From: a bacterium
GTDB taxonomy: Bacteria; Patescibacteriota; Minisyncoccia; Sungbacterales; HO2-52-23
Length of the DNA: 57,734 nt
Reading direction: 5' to 3'
Assembly: GCA_030697525.1 (NCBI GenBank)
Contig: JAUYPW010000030.1
Span: 1 to 57,734 of the forward strand
Under the pieces are notes generated by a model, which was not told the origin of the DNA, did not search any database, and saw nothing but the letters and a program-made list of their open reading frames with translations. Numbering within the stretch: the first letter of the stretch is position 1; the number at the start of each line of letters is the position of its first letter. Both the position numbers and the translations under genes were made by a program. Shown one piece after another: positions 43,798 to 52,497 of the stretch.

Positions 43798-43809
43798 CCG
43801 AAAATCTCC

Positions 43810-43935
43810 TTATCTCTGCCAGGTCGGCACAATCTTTTTGGCCGTCTTGGCATCGTTATGGTCCTGTGAATCTATCCAGAGCAAAACTGCCACAACCACG
43901 AGAATTAGCAAAATCATTCTCCTGTTCTGAATCAT
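43810..43935 (-). CDS. candidate 41-aa single-helix membrane peptide
   Basis: The ATG at 43935 lies 7 nt after GAGGAGAG: MIQNRRMILLILVVVAVLLWIDSQ.... Short, with no homology signal. Confidence 0.3.
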   Translation of the reverse strand: MIQNRRMILLILVVVAVLLWIDSQDHNDAKTAKKIVPTWQR

Positions 43936-44238
43936 GCTATGCTCTCCTCTCTTTGGTTTTTGACTTGTTATTTTTTCAATGTTCCCCCAAGTAGGAGGGC
44001 CTTTCTTCCAGCAGTAATTTTTTGGCAGACCTTGCGGTCGGACAAAATGCCAAAGATTATTGCTTGAAGCAAGCAAGAAGCTGGATGCACTGTATAGTAT
44101 TTAATAAGTGTCCCCTCCTCACCCAAGACCCTCCTGCTTGGAGGTACTGGAAATATTTTTCCAATTCTCTATTTTCTACTTTCATAAAATTCAGAGAATT
44201 GTTGGCGAGGCGGAACCGAAGTCCCGACTCGCCAATTT

Positions 44239-44481
44239 TTAACTCGCACCGGTGTAGAAATGAGCGACAAACATCACCACCCCGGCCACCACCATCAGAA
44301 CTCCTGCGGCCCTCATAAATCCCGATAGCCACATAAGGCCGCAGATTTTTATGAAGCCAAAGGAGTCGAACTTCTCGTCTATCAGACAAAGAACTTCTCT
44401 CTCAAGCCATCCGATGTAGATCCCCGTGGGCATAAACACACAGGAAACTACTGCCATCATGCCCGAGCTGATTACAAACAT
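44239..44481 (-). CDS. small hypothetical membrane protein (about 80 aa)
   Basis: Two to three hydrophobic helices. The second ATG is preferred because it lies 9 nt after AAGGAG. Confidence 0.45.
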   Translation of the reverse strand: MFVISSGMMAVVSCVFMPTGIYIGWLEREVLCLIDEKFDSFGFIKICGLMWLSGFMRAAGVLMVVAGVVMFVAHFYTGAS

Positions 44482-44514
44482 ATCGCGCATCTCCTTGTAA
44501 ATACCGGTTTGGAC

Positions 44515-45039
44515 TTACGGAAAAATCTCGTGCACCAGGTTCATCGCAGACCGCGCAGTGAAAAAGTATGCCAGAACACTCCATGGCGTCATATACATGC
44601 AGACCATGATTGCCACACCCAGAACAATAATGACCAGATCTTCGAAAGAACCTTCAAGATTGTTCCTTTCCGGCTCCGTGTAGAGTGATCGATTAATCGC
44701 CCACATCCCCAGAAGACCTGCCAGGGCAGACATCACAGGAAGCATAATATACTTCCCAAAAAAAACATCCTGCGGACCAATCCAAGAATAGAACCAGAAC
44801 CCCACCCCCATGAGCCCCGCCCCAACAATGAAGGAGCAGATTGTCGTGAACGCACTTTCTCTCTTGAAAGACCAGACGACAAGCAGAGCACCGGGAATGA
44901 AGATAATGACCCCGGAAATCAGCGCCGCCCACTGTTCTGCCGGCACCTGCATGGTCGGACCAAAGGCGAAGGCCAGCAACAAGCCGGCTGCAATCAGAGT
45001 AAGTCCACCCGCGAATGCAAATACAGTCTTCTTCTTCAT
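44515..45039 (-). CDS. hypothetical polytopic membrane protein (174 aa)
   Basis: GGAGG lies 7 nt upstream of the ATG. Five to six helices. Local GC is visibly above the window background (counted lines 47-58 %). Confidence 0.6.
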   Translation of the reverse strand: MKKKTVFAFAGGLTLIAAGLLLAFAFGPTMQVPAEQWAALISGVIIFIPGALLVVWSFKRESAFTTICSFIVGAGLMGVGFWFYSWIGPQDVFFGKYIMLPVMSALAGLLGMWAINRSLYTEPERNNLEGSFEDLVIIVLGVAIMVCMYMTPWSVLAYFFTARSAMNLVHEIFP

Positions 45040-45109
45040 AACAGAACCTCCTTGAAAAGTATTGCGCCTCTATGTATTCTATTTTTCTATACCTCAAGTT
45101 ACTATCCCC

Positions 45110-45138
45110 ATTATACACCAAAATGACTAAAAAGTCAA
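45110..45138 (-). promoter_or_regulatory. near-consensus promoter (TTGACT, 17-nt spacer, TATAAT) for the membrane-protein operon
   Basis: Read on the minus strand, about 70 nt upstream of the ATG at 45039. Confidence 0.45.
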
Positions 45139-45139
45139 T

Positions 45140-45265
45140 CCCACCCGGAAAGGTGGGTTTGTGGCTTATTTAAGGTATTTTCTGCCATACTAACCCTCCT
45201 TGTCATGCTGATGAAAATCAGCATCCATGTCATAATACTGGATCCCGCATCAAGTGCGGGATGAC
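45140..45265. repeat. cluster of three GC-rich hairpin modules, two of them GTCAT-type
   Basis: CCCACC-n6-GGTGGG (45140-57), GTC-ATGCTGAT-GAAA-ATCAGCAT-CC (45202-26) and ATCCCGCA-TCAAG-TGCGGGAT-GAC (45242-65). They lie directly downstream of the stop of 45268..45759. Confidence 0.7.
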
Positions 45266-45267
45266 AA

Positions 45268-45759
45268 CTAAGTATGCCTATCCGCCACCACAGACGCCCC
45301 GAAAGCGAAGGGCTTTATAACCGGCACAAAGTTATAACCTTTTATCATCCCTGTCACCCCCTCAATAAGCTCGTTGGTTGGACCATTCTCACCGATGTCC
45401 ACGTGTATTTCATTGCCATCCCAAAAGAAATCCTCCCCAAGCAGGTCTTGTAAACTTGAGCGAATTTCCTGCGCTAGCATAATAGAATTCATGGCCTCCT
45501 GCCAAATGCGATCGCGCATGCTGGGAAAATTTTTTTCAGGAGATCTGGTCCAAAAATGAATCGCTCCGTTGCCCACCCGCCAGATAGTTAGCGCGGTCAC
45601 CAAAAAAGAAGGATCGGCGGCTTTGGAATCCGTCCCTATAATTATTTTATAAAAACGATCGGGTTGGCTTTCTATAAACTTTTTTATTTCTTTCAGAACC
45701 TCCTCTATACTTACCCAACCCAATCTTTCATTATGAAATTTTGTGGACTCAATAGTCAT
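45268..45759 (-). CDS. YkuK/DUF458-like RNase H-fold protein
   Basis: 163 aa. The pattern IIIGTDSKA...FLVTALTIWRVGNGAIHF...GPTNELI resembles the YkuK family. Confidence 0.55.
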   Translation of the reverse strand: MTIESTKFHNERLGWVSIEEVLKEIKKFIESQPDRFYKIIIGTDSKAADPSFLVTALTIWRVGNGAIHFWTRSPEKNFPSMRDRIWQEAMNSIMLAQEIRSSLQDLLGEDFFWDGNEIHVDIGENGPTNELIEGVTGMIKGYNFVPVIKPFAFGASVVADRHT

Positions 45760-45790
45760 TTTTATCGTCTCCTTTGTCTTAATCTTTACC

Positions 45791-46603
45791 TTAAAAAAGT
45801 GACTTTTGCAAATCTTGCGGCAGGATATAAGACTCGCCCGTAAGCTCTGCCCGCAAAATCCTACCCAGACGGAAAATTCTCACAGATTGTCGCAGATGGC
45901 AATATGCTTCTATCTCCTCTCCTTTTATTTTATGAATATCAATGAGCCTTTGTTTGTTAAAACCCAATCCATCATTATTTTCAGAAGAAACATATTCTAC
46001 AGAAAGCCTTTTTCTTTGATTGAAAGCATCTTCCACCAGCTTGGCCACCGGAACTTCAGGCGCTCTTCCCCAAACCACGGGTATAGAGTGAGTCTTGTGG
46101 TCAATGAAAGACTCAAATAAAATATGTCCGTGTTTTTTACCGTAGTCATACAAATCACGAGTAACTTTCACATCCTGCAAACAGTAATCTTTAATTTTCT
46201 GCATCTCCCCTTTTTTGTACCATTCCAAGGCCTCGAGCCCGTTGGCTGATTTGCTTTCGCCAAGTGTTGCTTGCGCTACCCCCGCCAAGCCAACCCTGTG
46301 TCCTAAAAATTTAACCGCGTCCTCAAAAATATCCGTAATAGCAATTTTGGCCAGAGATACTTTTTTCAGATAAGGTTCTAGCACTAGATTATCAAAACCC
46401 TTCAGATTAAAACCAATCAGGTGGTTTGTATTCAAAAGCATTTCCTCCAATTCAGCAAGCTGGTTTTCTTCAAAAGCAAAAAATTTATCTTGATCATAAG
46501 AATAAACTCCGGCAACCGAGATACCCAAATCACGGATGTTTTGTTTGCCTCCGACCTCTTCAAACGATTTCTTTGTTTCTAAGTCTATAACTAGAGAATC
46601 CAT
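45791..46603 (-). CDS. DEDD 3'-5' exonuclease (PolB-exo-like) fused to a C-terminal WYL-like domain
   Basis: ExoI VIDLET, ExoII GFNLKGFDNLVL and ExoIII KDYCLQDVKVTRDLY. The C-terminal RLSVEYVSS...RLIDIHKIKGEEIEAYCHLRQSVRIFRLGRILRAELT fits the WYL pattern and is encoded at about 45824..46042. Confidence 0.65.
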   Translation of the reverse strand: MDSLVIDLETKKSFEEVGGKQNIRDLGISVAGVYSYDQDKFFAFEENQLAELEEMLLNTNHLIGFNLKGFDNLVLEPYLKKVSLAKIAITDIFEDAVKFLGHRVGLAGVAQATLGESKSANGLEALEWYKKGEMQKIKDYCLQDVKVTRDLYDYGKKHGHILFESFIDHKTHSIPVVWGRAPEVPVAKLVEDAFNQRKRLSVEYVSSENNDGLGFNKQRLIDIHKIKGEEIEAYCHLRQSVRIFRLGRILRAELTGESYILPQDLQKSLF

Positions 46604-46634
46604 TCGGCAACCATAACTAAAAAATAGTCCTGTG

Positions 46635-47120
46635 TCAATACACTAATTCGGCCATGTCGCCCGCCTGTATTTTATTTTTATCTGCAAAGCCCGCGGCAGT
46701 TTCTAGAACCATGTCGGCTTCGGTTGAAGATACATATACCGGAAGAAGCGCATCAGGAGTTCCCACAACTGGGGGCGGTACATTTTTTTCAGCATACACA
46801 ATTTTATTTTTTCTGATCCAGAAAATATCTATAGAAAATTTCATATCCTTCATCCAGATGCCATATTTACCCGGTTCTTCAAAAATCATGAGGAGTCCCC
46901 GGTCTTTGGCAAGTCCGTCTCTCCCCGAAAGACCCTTGGCTCTCTTGGTCATATCTGAAACCAATTCAACCTTAATCTCTTTCGGTCCGACTTTCATATT
47001 TTTAAGACCCGTCTTGGGTCTGTAGAGAACAATCATGACTATTACAGATGAGAAGATTAAAAAAAATAACACCCACCTCACATACTTCACCAAATTTTTA
47101 ACCGAATCATTTTTGAACAT
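46635..47120 (-). CDS. DUF192 (COG1430) domain protein with an N-terminal anchor
   Basis: GLSGRDGLAKDRGLLMIF...MKDMKFSIDIFWI...VLETAAGF is typical of DUF192. Confidence 0.7.
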   Translation of the reverse strand: MFKNDSVKNLVKYVRWVLFFLIFSSVIVMIVLYRPKTGLKNMKVGPKEIKVELVSDMTKRAKGLSGRDGLAKDRGLLMIFEEPGKYGIWMKDMKFSIDIFWIRKNKIVYAEKNVPPPVVGTPDALLPVYVSSTEADMVLETAAGFADKNKIQAGDMAELVY

Positions 47121-48006
47121 TTTTTATAGCCTCTTCCAATTTTGCAACTATCCCTTCGGTCGGAAAACCATAAGTCGGATAATCCCCCACAAAACTTGCC
47201 GAGCAGAGACCCCGAGCGCTTTTCTTGTGGTCACCCGCCTCGTGGAAATCGGAACCCGCGGTTACTAAGAGTTTATTTACGCTGGCTAAATTATAAACCA
47301 GCTCAACACTGTCTTCGGTGTGCGCAGAAGTAAAAACCTCCACCCCTTTTAGTCCCCAACCCATCAGCTCTTTTAAAAATTTTTCCAGTTCGTCGTGTCT
47401 GCTTTCAAAATTAATTGCCGGATGCGACCAAACCGCCAAACCCCCGGCCTGTTTTATAGCTTCAATGGCTTTCGCGGCACTAATATGCGAACTTCTTACA
47501 TAATTGGGACTTTCATCCGAAAGAAATTTTTCAATAAATTCGTGAACGGTGGAAACACCGCCAAGTTTTTCTTTATTTTCCGGTCTTTTCAAAACTGCCC
47601 GAGCCAAATGCGGTCGCGCAACCACCGAACCGGTCACCTCGTTTAAAACATCCTGCCAGTCCACCGTAAAACCGGATTTCTGCAGATTTCCAATCATTTT
47701 CTGCGCCGCCCCCGCTCTTCTTTTTTTGAACTCCTCCGAATAATCCAGTAAAGCCTGATTATGAAAATCTATTCCATATCCCAATATGTGCGCGCCGTTT
47801 TCTTCCACCGATATCTCTATGCCCGGGATAACGCGAACGCCGAATTCTTGCCCTGCCGAAAAAGCTTCATCCAAACCGTCTACAGCGTCGTGATCGGTAA
47901 GAGCGATTGTCCAAACCCCTTTTTCTTTGGCCATCTTAACAACGTCAGTCGGCGAGTGCCGGCCGTCCGAAGCTGTAGAGTGAACTTGTAAGTCAAAAGT
48001 GTTCAT
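47107..48006 (-). CDS. PHP-domain phosphoesterase (TrpH/YciV-like)
   Basis: FDLQVHSTASDG...ALTDHDAVDG...SDFH motifs. Confidence 0.8.
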   Translation of the reverse strand: MNTFDLQVHSTASDGRHSPTDVVKMAKEKGVWTIALTDHDAVDGLDEAFSAGQEFGVRVIPGIEISVEENGAHILGYGIDFHNQALLDYSEEFKKRRAGAAQKMIGNLQKSGFTVDWQDVLNEVTGSVVARPHLARAVLKRPENKEKLGGVSTVHEFIEKFLSDESPNYVRSSHISAAKAIEAIKQAGGLAVWSHPAINFESRHDELEKFLKELMGWGLKGVEVFTSAHTEDSVELVYNLASVNKLLVTAGSDFHEAGDHKKSARGLCSASFVGDYPTYGFPTEGIVAKLEEAIKNVQK

Positions 48007-48009
48007 TGC

Positions 48010-48588
48010 TTATCTTTTTCCTAAATTTTTAAGCACTTCTTTAATTCTTTTCTCCGCGCTGGTGATTTCTTTTGGCAATCTGGACAGCGCATCCCTCGCC
48101 TCTCTTGGAGAATAGCCCAAAGCGGTAAGCGCATCCAGCGCGTCCATTTCTTCTTTCAGTTCCGGAGCGTCCACGGTTACACCCCGTCCGGCCATCTTAT
48201 CTTTCAATTCCACAATTATGCGCTCGGCGGTTTTCCTGCCTATGCCAGACACGCGGGTTAAATAAGAAGAATCTCCGGCGGCAATCGCTCTACGCAAATT
48301 GTCGGTTGAACCCATGCCCAAAATTGCCAATGCCGTCTTCGGCCCAACCCCAGAGACGCCAATCAGAGTTTCAAACAAATCCAGCTCGTTTAGATTTAAA
48401 AATCCATAAAGCTCCAGCGCGTCTTCCCGCACATTTTGGTAAGTCCATAGTTTGACTATGTGTCCTTTTTGTGGTATTTTTTGCGAAGTTTCCTGGCTAA
48501 CAAAAACTTTGTAGCCAATACCTCCGGCGCTCAAAACAACAAATTTTTCACCGGTTATTTCTACTTTTCCTTCTACGAAAGCAATCAT
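48010..48588 (-). CDS. ruvA: Holliday junction DNA helicase subunit RuvA
   Basis: MIAFVEGKVE...GGIGYKVFV, GVSGVGPKTAL and SGIGRKTAERI helix-hairpin-helix motifs. The start is set at ATG 48588. Confidence 0.9.
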   Translation of the reverse strand: MIAFVEGKVEITGEKFVVLSAGGIGYKVFVSQETSQKIPQKGHIVKLWTYQNVREDALELYGFLNLNELDLFETLIGVSGVGPKTALAILGMGSTDNLRRAIAAGDSSYLTRVSGIGRKTAERIIVELKDKMAGRGVTVDAPELKEEMDALDALTALGYSPREARDALSRLPKEITSAEKRIKEVLKNLGKR

Positions 48589-48598
48589 TAGATAGATT

Positions 48599-50566
48599 AT
48601 GTCATATTTCAATCTTGTTTCAAAATTTAAGCCGACGGGCGACCAGCCTCAAGCTATTGAAAAATTAGTAGCCGGTTTAAATTCGGGCGCGAAACACCAG
48701 ACACTTTTAGGGGTTACCGGCTCCGGAAAAACTTTTACCATTGCCAATGTTATTGAAAAAATCCAGAAGCCAACTCTGGTTATTTCTCACAACAAAACCC
48801 TGGCCGCCCAACTTTATCAGGAATTTAAAGAATTTTTTCCGGAAAATTCTGTTCATTATTTCGTCTCTTACTATGACTACTACCAGCCAGAGGCCTATAT
48901 GCCAACCACCGACACGTATATAGAAAAAGATGCCAAAATAAATGAAGTAATAGATGCCCTGCGCCACGCCTCCACCGCCTCTCTGCTTTCCAGAAAAGAC
49001 GTCATAATCATAGCCTCGGTCTCCTGCATCTACGGCTTGGGTAGTCCGGAAGAATACGAAAAAGTTTCAATAAATCTGAAGGTTGGCGAACGGATCTCCC
49101 AAAAAGATTTGCTGAAAAAACTGGTAATGCTTCAGTATACCCGAAACCCCCTAGACCCTCGCCAAGGACATTTCAGAACCCGCGAAAACACAGTTGAAAT
49201 TTATCTCCCCTCCGCTGAAGAAATTATCTCAATTGAGATTGAAAAAAATATTATTTCTTCCATCAAAAAAAGAAACGCTTCTCTTGATTCTAAATTCTTA
49301 ATTCTAGATTCCACTCATATTTTTCCCGCCAAACATTTCGTAACTCCCCAGGCCAAACTCGGCCTCGCCGTAGAAAATATCCGGCAGGAGCTAAAAGAGA
49401 GACTGGCCGAATTGAAAAGACAAGGAAAAATTTTAGAAGCCGCACGGCTAAAACAAAGAACAGAATTTGATCTGGAAACGCTTGTCTCCGCCGGTTATGT
49501 AAACGGTATAGAAAACTATTCCCGCCACTTGGATTTCAGAAAATCGGGGACAGCGCCCTTTACTCTTCTTGATTATTTTCATCATGCGTGCGGCGTCCCG
49601 GACTTTCTCACCATAATTGACGAATCTCACGCCACCCTTCCCCAATTCCGAGGCATGTACCAAGGAGACGCATCGCGAAAACAAACTCTAATTGATTACG
49701 GCTTCCGTCTTCCTTCCGCCCGTGACAATCGTCCGTTAAAATTTGAAGAGTTTAATAAAAAAATCGGCCAAACAATTTATATGTCGGCCACACCCGCCGA
49801 TTATGAATTAAAATTATCCGCTCACCACGTGGCCGAGCAGTTGGTTCGTCCTACCGGAATTTTAGATCCTGAAATAGAAATTCGGCCTACCAAAAATCAG
49901 ATGAAAGACGTTGTGCGCGAAGTAGAAAAAAGAGTCGCCAAGAAAGAGAGGTCTTTGGTGCTTACCCTCACCAAAAGACTGGCCGAAGATATTGCGGATT
50001 ATTTAACTGAAGAGAAAATAAAAGCCGAGTACCTGCACTCGGAGGTGAAAACTTTTGAACGCACCGAGATTTTAAAAAAGTTGAGAACCGGAGAACATGA
50101 CGTTCTGGTTGGTATAAACTTATTGAGAGAAGGGCTGGATCTGCCGGAAGTCTCTTTCATAGCCATCTTGGACGCGGATAAAGAGGGTTTTTTGCGAAAC
50201 AAAACCACCCTCCTCCAGATAATCGGCCGAGCCGCGCGCCACACCGACGGGAAAGTTGTTTTGTATGCCGACCATATAACAGGTTCTATTCGCGGAGCTT
50301 TTGAGGAAACGGACAGGCGTCGCAAGACTCAACGCGAATACAACAAAAGAAACAATATCACCCCGCAACATATTAAAAAAGAAATAAGAAAAAGCCTGCT
50401 TGAAGAATTGAAAAAAGATGAAAATGGATCATTTCTACCGCCGGGGCCAAAAGAAGAGGCCATAAAAGAACTGGAACGACAAATGAAAAAAGCAGCCAAA
50501 AATATGGACTTTGAATCGGCGGCAAAAATAAGAGACCGGATCAAGATTTTACAAAAAACGATATAG
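48599..50566 (+). CDS. uvrB: excinuclease ABC subunit B
   Basis: PTGDQPQAI, GVTGSGKT, the DESH box (IDESHATLPQ) and the C-terminal UVR domain (FESAAKIRDRI). Confidence 0.95.
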   Translation: MSYFNLVSKFKPTGDQPQAIEKLVAGLNSGAKHQTLLGVTGSGKTFTIANVIEKIQKPTLVISHNKTLAAQLYQEFKEFFPENSVHYFVSYYDYYQPEAYMPTTDTYIEKDAKINEVIDALRHASTASLLSRKDVIIIASVSCIYGLGSPEEYEKVSINLKVGERISQKDLLKKLVMLQYTRNPLDPRQGHFRTRENTVEIYLPSAEEIISIEIEKNIISSIKKRNASLDSKFLILDSTHIFPAKHFVTPQAKLGLAVENIRQELKERLAELKRQGKILEAARLKQRTEFDLETLVSAGYVNGIENYSRHLDFRKSGTAPFTLLDYFHHACGVPDFLTIIDESHATLPQFRGMYQGDASRKQTLIDYGFRLPSARDNRPLKFEEFNKKIGQTIYMSATPADYELKLSAHHVAEQLVRPTGILDPEIEIRPTKNQMKDVVREVEKRVAKKERSLVLTLTKRLAEDIADYLTEEKIKAEYLHSEVKTFERTEILKKLRTGEHDVLVGINLLREGLDLPEVSFIAILDADKEGFLRNKTTLLQIIGRAARHTDGKVVLYADHITGSIRGAFEETDRRRKTQREYNKRNNITPQHIKKEIRKSLLEELKKDENGSFLPPGPKEEAIKELERQMKKAAKNMDFESAAKIRDRIKILQKTI

Positions 50567-50586
50567 GTGATATGCTCTAAAAATTC

Positions 50587-50847
50587 ATGCCGATTACTAA
50601 ATCCGCCGAGAAGGCGCTAAGACAATCTATTCATCGGAGAAAAAGAAACCTCAAGCAAAAAGAGGCTTATAAAACCGTGGTCAGAGAAGTGAAAAATTTA
50701 GCCGCCGCCGGAAAAATTAAAGAGGCGCAAGAAAAACTGTCTGGAGCCTACCAGACATTAGATAAAGTTGCCAAAACCGGCTTTATAAAAAAGAATAAAG
50801 CGGCGAGACTTAAATCCAGACTAACCAAACTTGTTCAGAAAAAATAA
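50587..50847 (+). CDS. rpsT: 30S ribosomal protein S20
   Basis: MPITKSAEKALRQSIHRRKRNLKQK... is typical of S20. Confidence 0.9.
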   Translation: MPITKSAEKALRQSIHRRKRNLKQKEAYKTVVREVKNLAAAGKIKEAQEKLSGAYQTLDKVAKTGFIKKNKAARLKSRLTKLVQKK

Positions 50848-50848
50848 G

Positions 50849-51739
50849 TCAGCCATTGAGAAGAATTTTGGTAATAGATTCTACGGGCACAGTTTGCCCG
50901 GTTTTTATTTTAAAGTCTTCCTCAAAAAAGTTTTTGAATTTCGAGACCAACTGGTTGAAAGATAAATTCCTTGAGCTGGCCGTGGCCTTCTTCACCACAA
51001 AGGGATGTATCTTGTGACCGGCGGGTACCGGCTGTTTTCTTTCGGTATAATATTTCACAAGTAAAACTGTCCGACAATGATTGGCAAGATAGCTGAACAA
51101 ATTAAATTCATTTTCCCCCTGTTCCGATAGTTGCAGAAGATCGTTTAGGCCCTGTTTTCTAGAAGTAAAAAAACTGTCGCCCAAACCAAACGCGTTAGTT
51201 CCTTTGAATTCGTCGGGTTTTTCGTAAGATCCTCCTTCTACCAGCATTTTATCCATCTCGTTTGAAACCGCCCAAAGGTCACTACCGATATTTTCCAGTC
51301 TTTCCAGATGAGCGGGAAAGAGTCTTAATCCTCTTTGTTTAGCCTCCTCCGAAATCCAATTTTTTAACTGCGCGCCGGTCAGATTTTTAAACTCTTGGGT
51401 TTTTGCCGCTAGATTTTTAAATTTAGAGAGGGTGTCAGCGACAATCTCTCTGTCCCATAAAACAACCGTCGTGTCTTTTGAATCCTCAATAGATTTCAGT
51501 TTTAGCAACAAATTTTGCGGATCTAAAAGTTTGGAAAAATTCTCAATCACTACCATTTTTTTGTCGCTAAAAAGAGAGCTCGCCCCCAAGCATTGCGCGA
51601 TATCCGCTGTCGCGCAATTAGTATCTTCGGCATCAAGCCTATAGCAACTAACCGCCTTTTGAGAGAAAGGCTCTTTGGTTATCTCTTTCAACTTCTGTCT
51701 GCTCCTATAAGTGTCTTGTCCAAAGAGTAAATGGATCAT
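50849..51739 (-). CDS. holA: DNA polymerase III delta subunit
   Basis: Size and N-terminus (MIHLLFGQDTYRSRQKLKEI) fit HolA. The sequence is divergent. It is convergent with rpsT, with a 1-nt gap. Confidence 0.6.
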   Translation of the reverse strand: MIHLLFGQDTYRSRQKLKEITKEPFSQKAVSCYRLDAEDTNCATADIAQCLGASSLFSDKKMVVIENFSKLLDPQNLLLKLKSIEDSKDTTVVLWDREIVADTLSKFKNLAAKTQEFKNLTGAQLKNWISEEAKQRGLRLFPAHLERLENIGSDLWAVSNEMDKMLVEGGSYEKPDEFKGTNAFGLGDSFFTSRKQGLNDLLQLSEQGENEFNLFSYLANHCRTVLLVKYYTERKQPVPAGHKIHPFVVKKATASSRNLSFNQLVSKFKNFFEEDFKIKTGQTVPVESITKILLNG

Positions 51740-51767
51740 AATTATTTATCGTACCATTACTTATTCC

Positions 51768-51992
51768 TCAAAGAAGCTCTTTTAATTCATCCTTAGTAAT
51801 ACCAGCATCTCTGATTATGCTTATAACAATCTTTGGGTGCAGGATTTTGGCGCCATGAATTGGTATAGTCACCCTTTTGTTTTCCGAATTTTTATAAATC
51901 TCATGACTGCCGCTCTGGCGTGACAACACAAAACCAAGCCGTTTAACGACTTTTATAATTTGCTTAGAAGTTACGCGGGGATCACGCGACAT
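51768..51992 (-). CDS. hicA: HicA-family type II toxin
   Basis: 74 aa. KQIIKVVKRLGFVLSRQSGSHEIY... (YcfA/HicA dsRBD-like motif with the catalytic His). Confidence 0.8.
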   Translation of the reverse strand: MSRDPRVTSKQIIKVVKRLGFVLSRQSGSHEIYKNSENKRVTIPIHGAKILHPKIVISIIRDAGITKDELKELL

Positions 51993-51995
51993 TTA

Positions 51996-52220
51996 TTAAA
52001 CTGCCACTTCAACCGTAGAAATACTGACCGACCTGTCCTTTGGTAAACTTTCCCTACCTTTATGCCTATCCTCCACATGCAGTTTTATGGCGTCTTTTAT
52101 GTTCTCAATCGCATCCTCATAAGTCTCGCCTTGAGTATAGCAACCTTGTAATTCAGGACAGAAAGCAAAATAGCCGTGTTTATCATGCTCAATTATGATT
52201 GGAAAATTTCTATATTCCAT
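51996..52220 (-). CDS. hicB: HicB-family antitoxin (UPF0150 fold)
   Basis: 74 aa. FPIIIEHDKHGYFAFCPELQGCYTQGETYEDAIENIKDAI. Confidence 0.8.
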   Translation of the reverse strand: MEYRNFPIIIEHDKHGYFAFCPELQGCYTQGETYEDAIENIKDAIKLHVEDRHKGRESLPKDRSVSISTVEVAV

Positions 52221-52302
52221 ATAACTAAATAATACTAGAAAGGTCTAAGTTTCGCAAGCTTCTATCCTAAGGTGTTGTACTTGTCGCTGTTGTCGTACTC
52301 AT

Positions 52303-52366
52303 GTCATTCTGAGGGAGCGGAGCGACCGAAGAATCTGTGTTAATATTCCCCGAGCTTGTCGAGGGG
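52303..52366. repeat. GTCAT-type GC-rich repeat modules
   Basis: GTCATTCTGAGGGAGCGGAGCGACCGAAGAATC is homologous to the leuS insertion arms. It is followed by CCCCGAGCTTGTCGAGGGG. The spurious ORF 52267..52455 runs through this region. Confidence 0.65.
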
Positions 52367-52497
52367 CTACCACAAATCCCCGCTTTCAAACTCATTGCCC
52401 CTGTTTCTACATTTTCTATAACCAAACACCCGGCTTTTCCGAGTTTATCGTACACCGTAATTCCTGTCGGCGTTTGCGGTGAGCCTACTTCTAATTT

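Noticed and set aside
44022-44584. Overlapping small ORFs: 44022..44318 (+), 44057..44389 (-) and 44402..44584 (-). Also 44693..45121 (-).
   Set aside because: They are alternative frames of the GC-richer membrane-protein operon. Only the frames with GGAGG/AAGGAG sites and hydrophobic helices were kept.
52267-52455. 62-aa ORF (…SPSTSSGNINTDSSVAPLPQNDM…).
   Set aside because: It is a translation of the GTCAT-type repeat modules. The same peptide-like strings arise wherever the repeat occurs.
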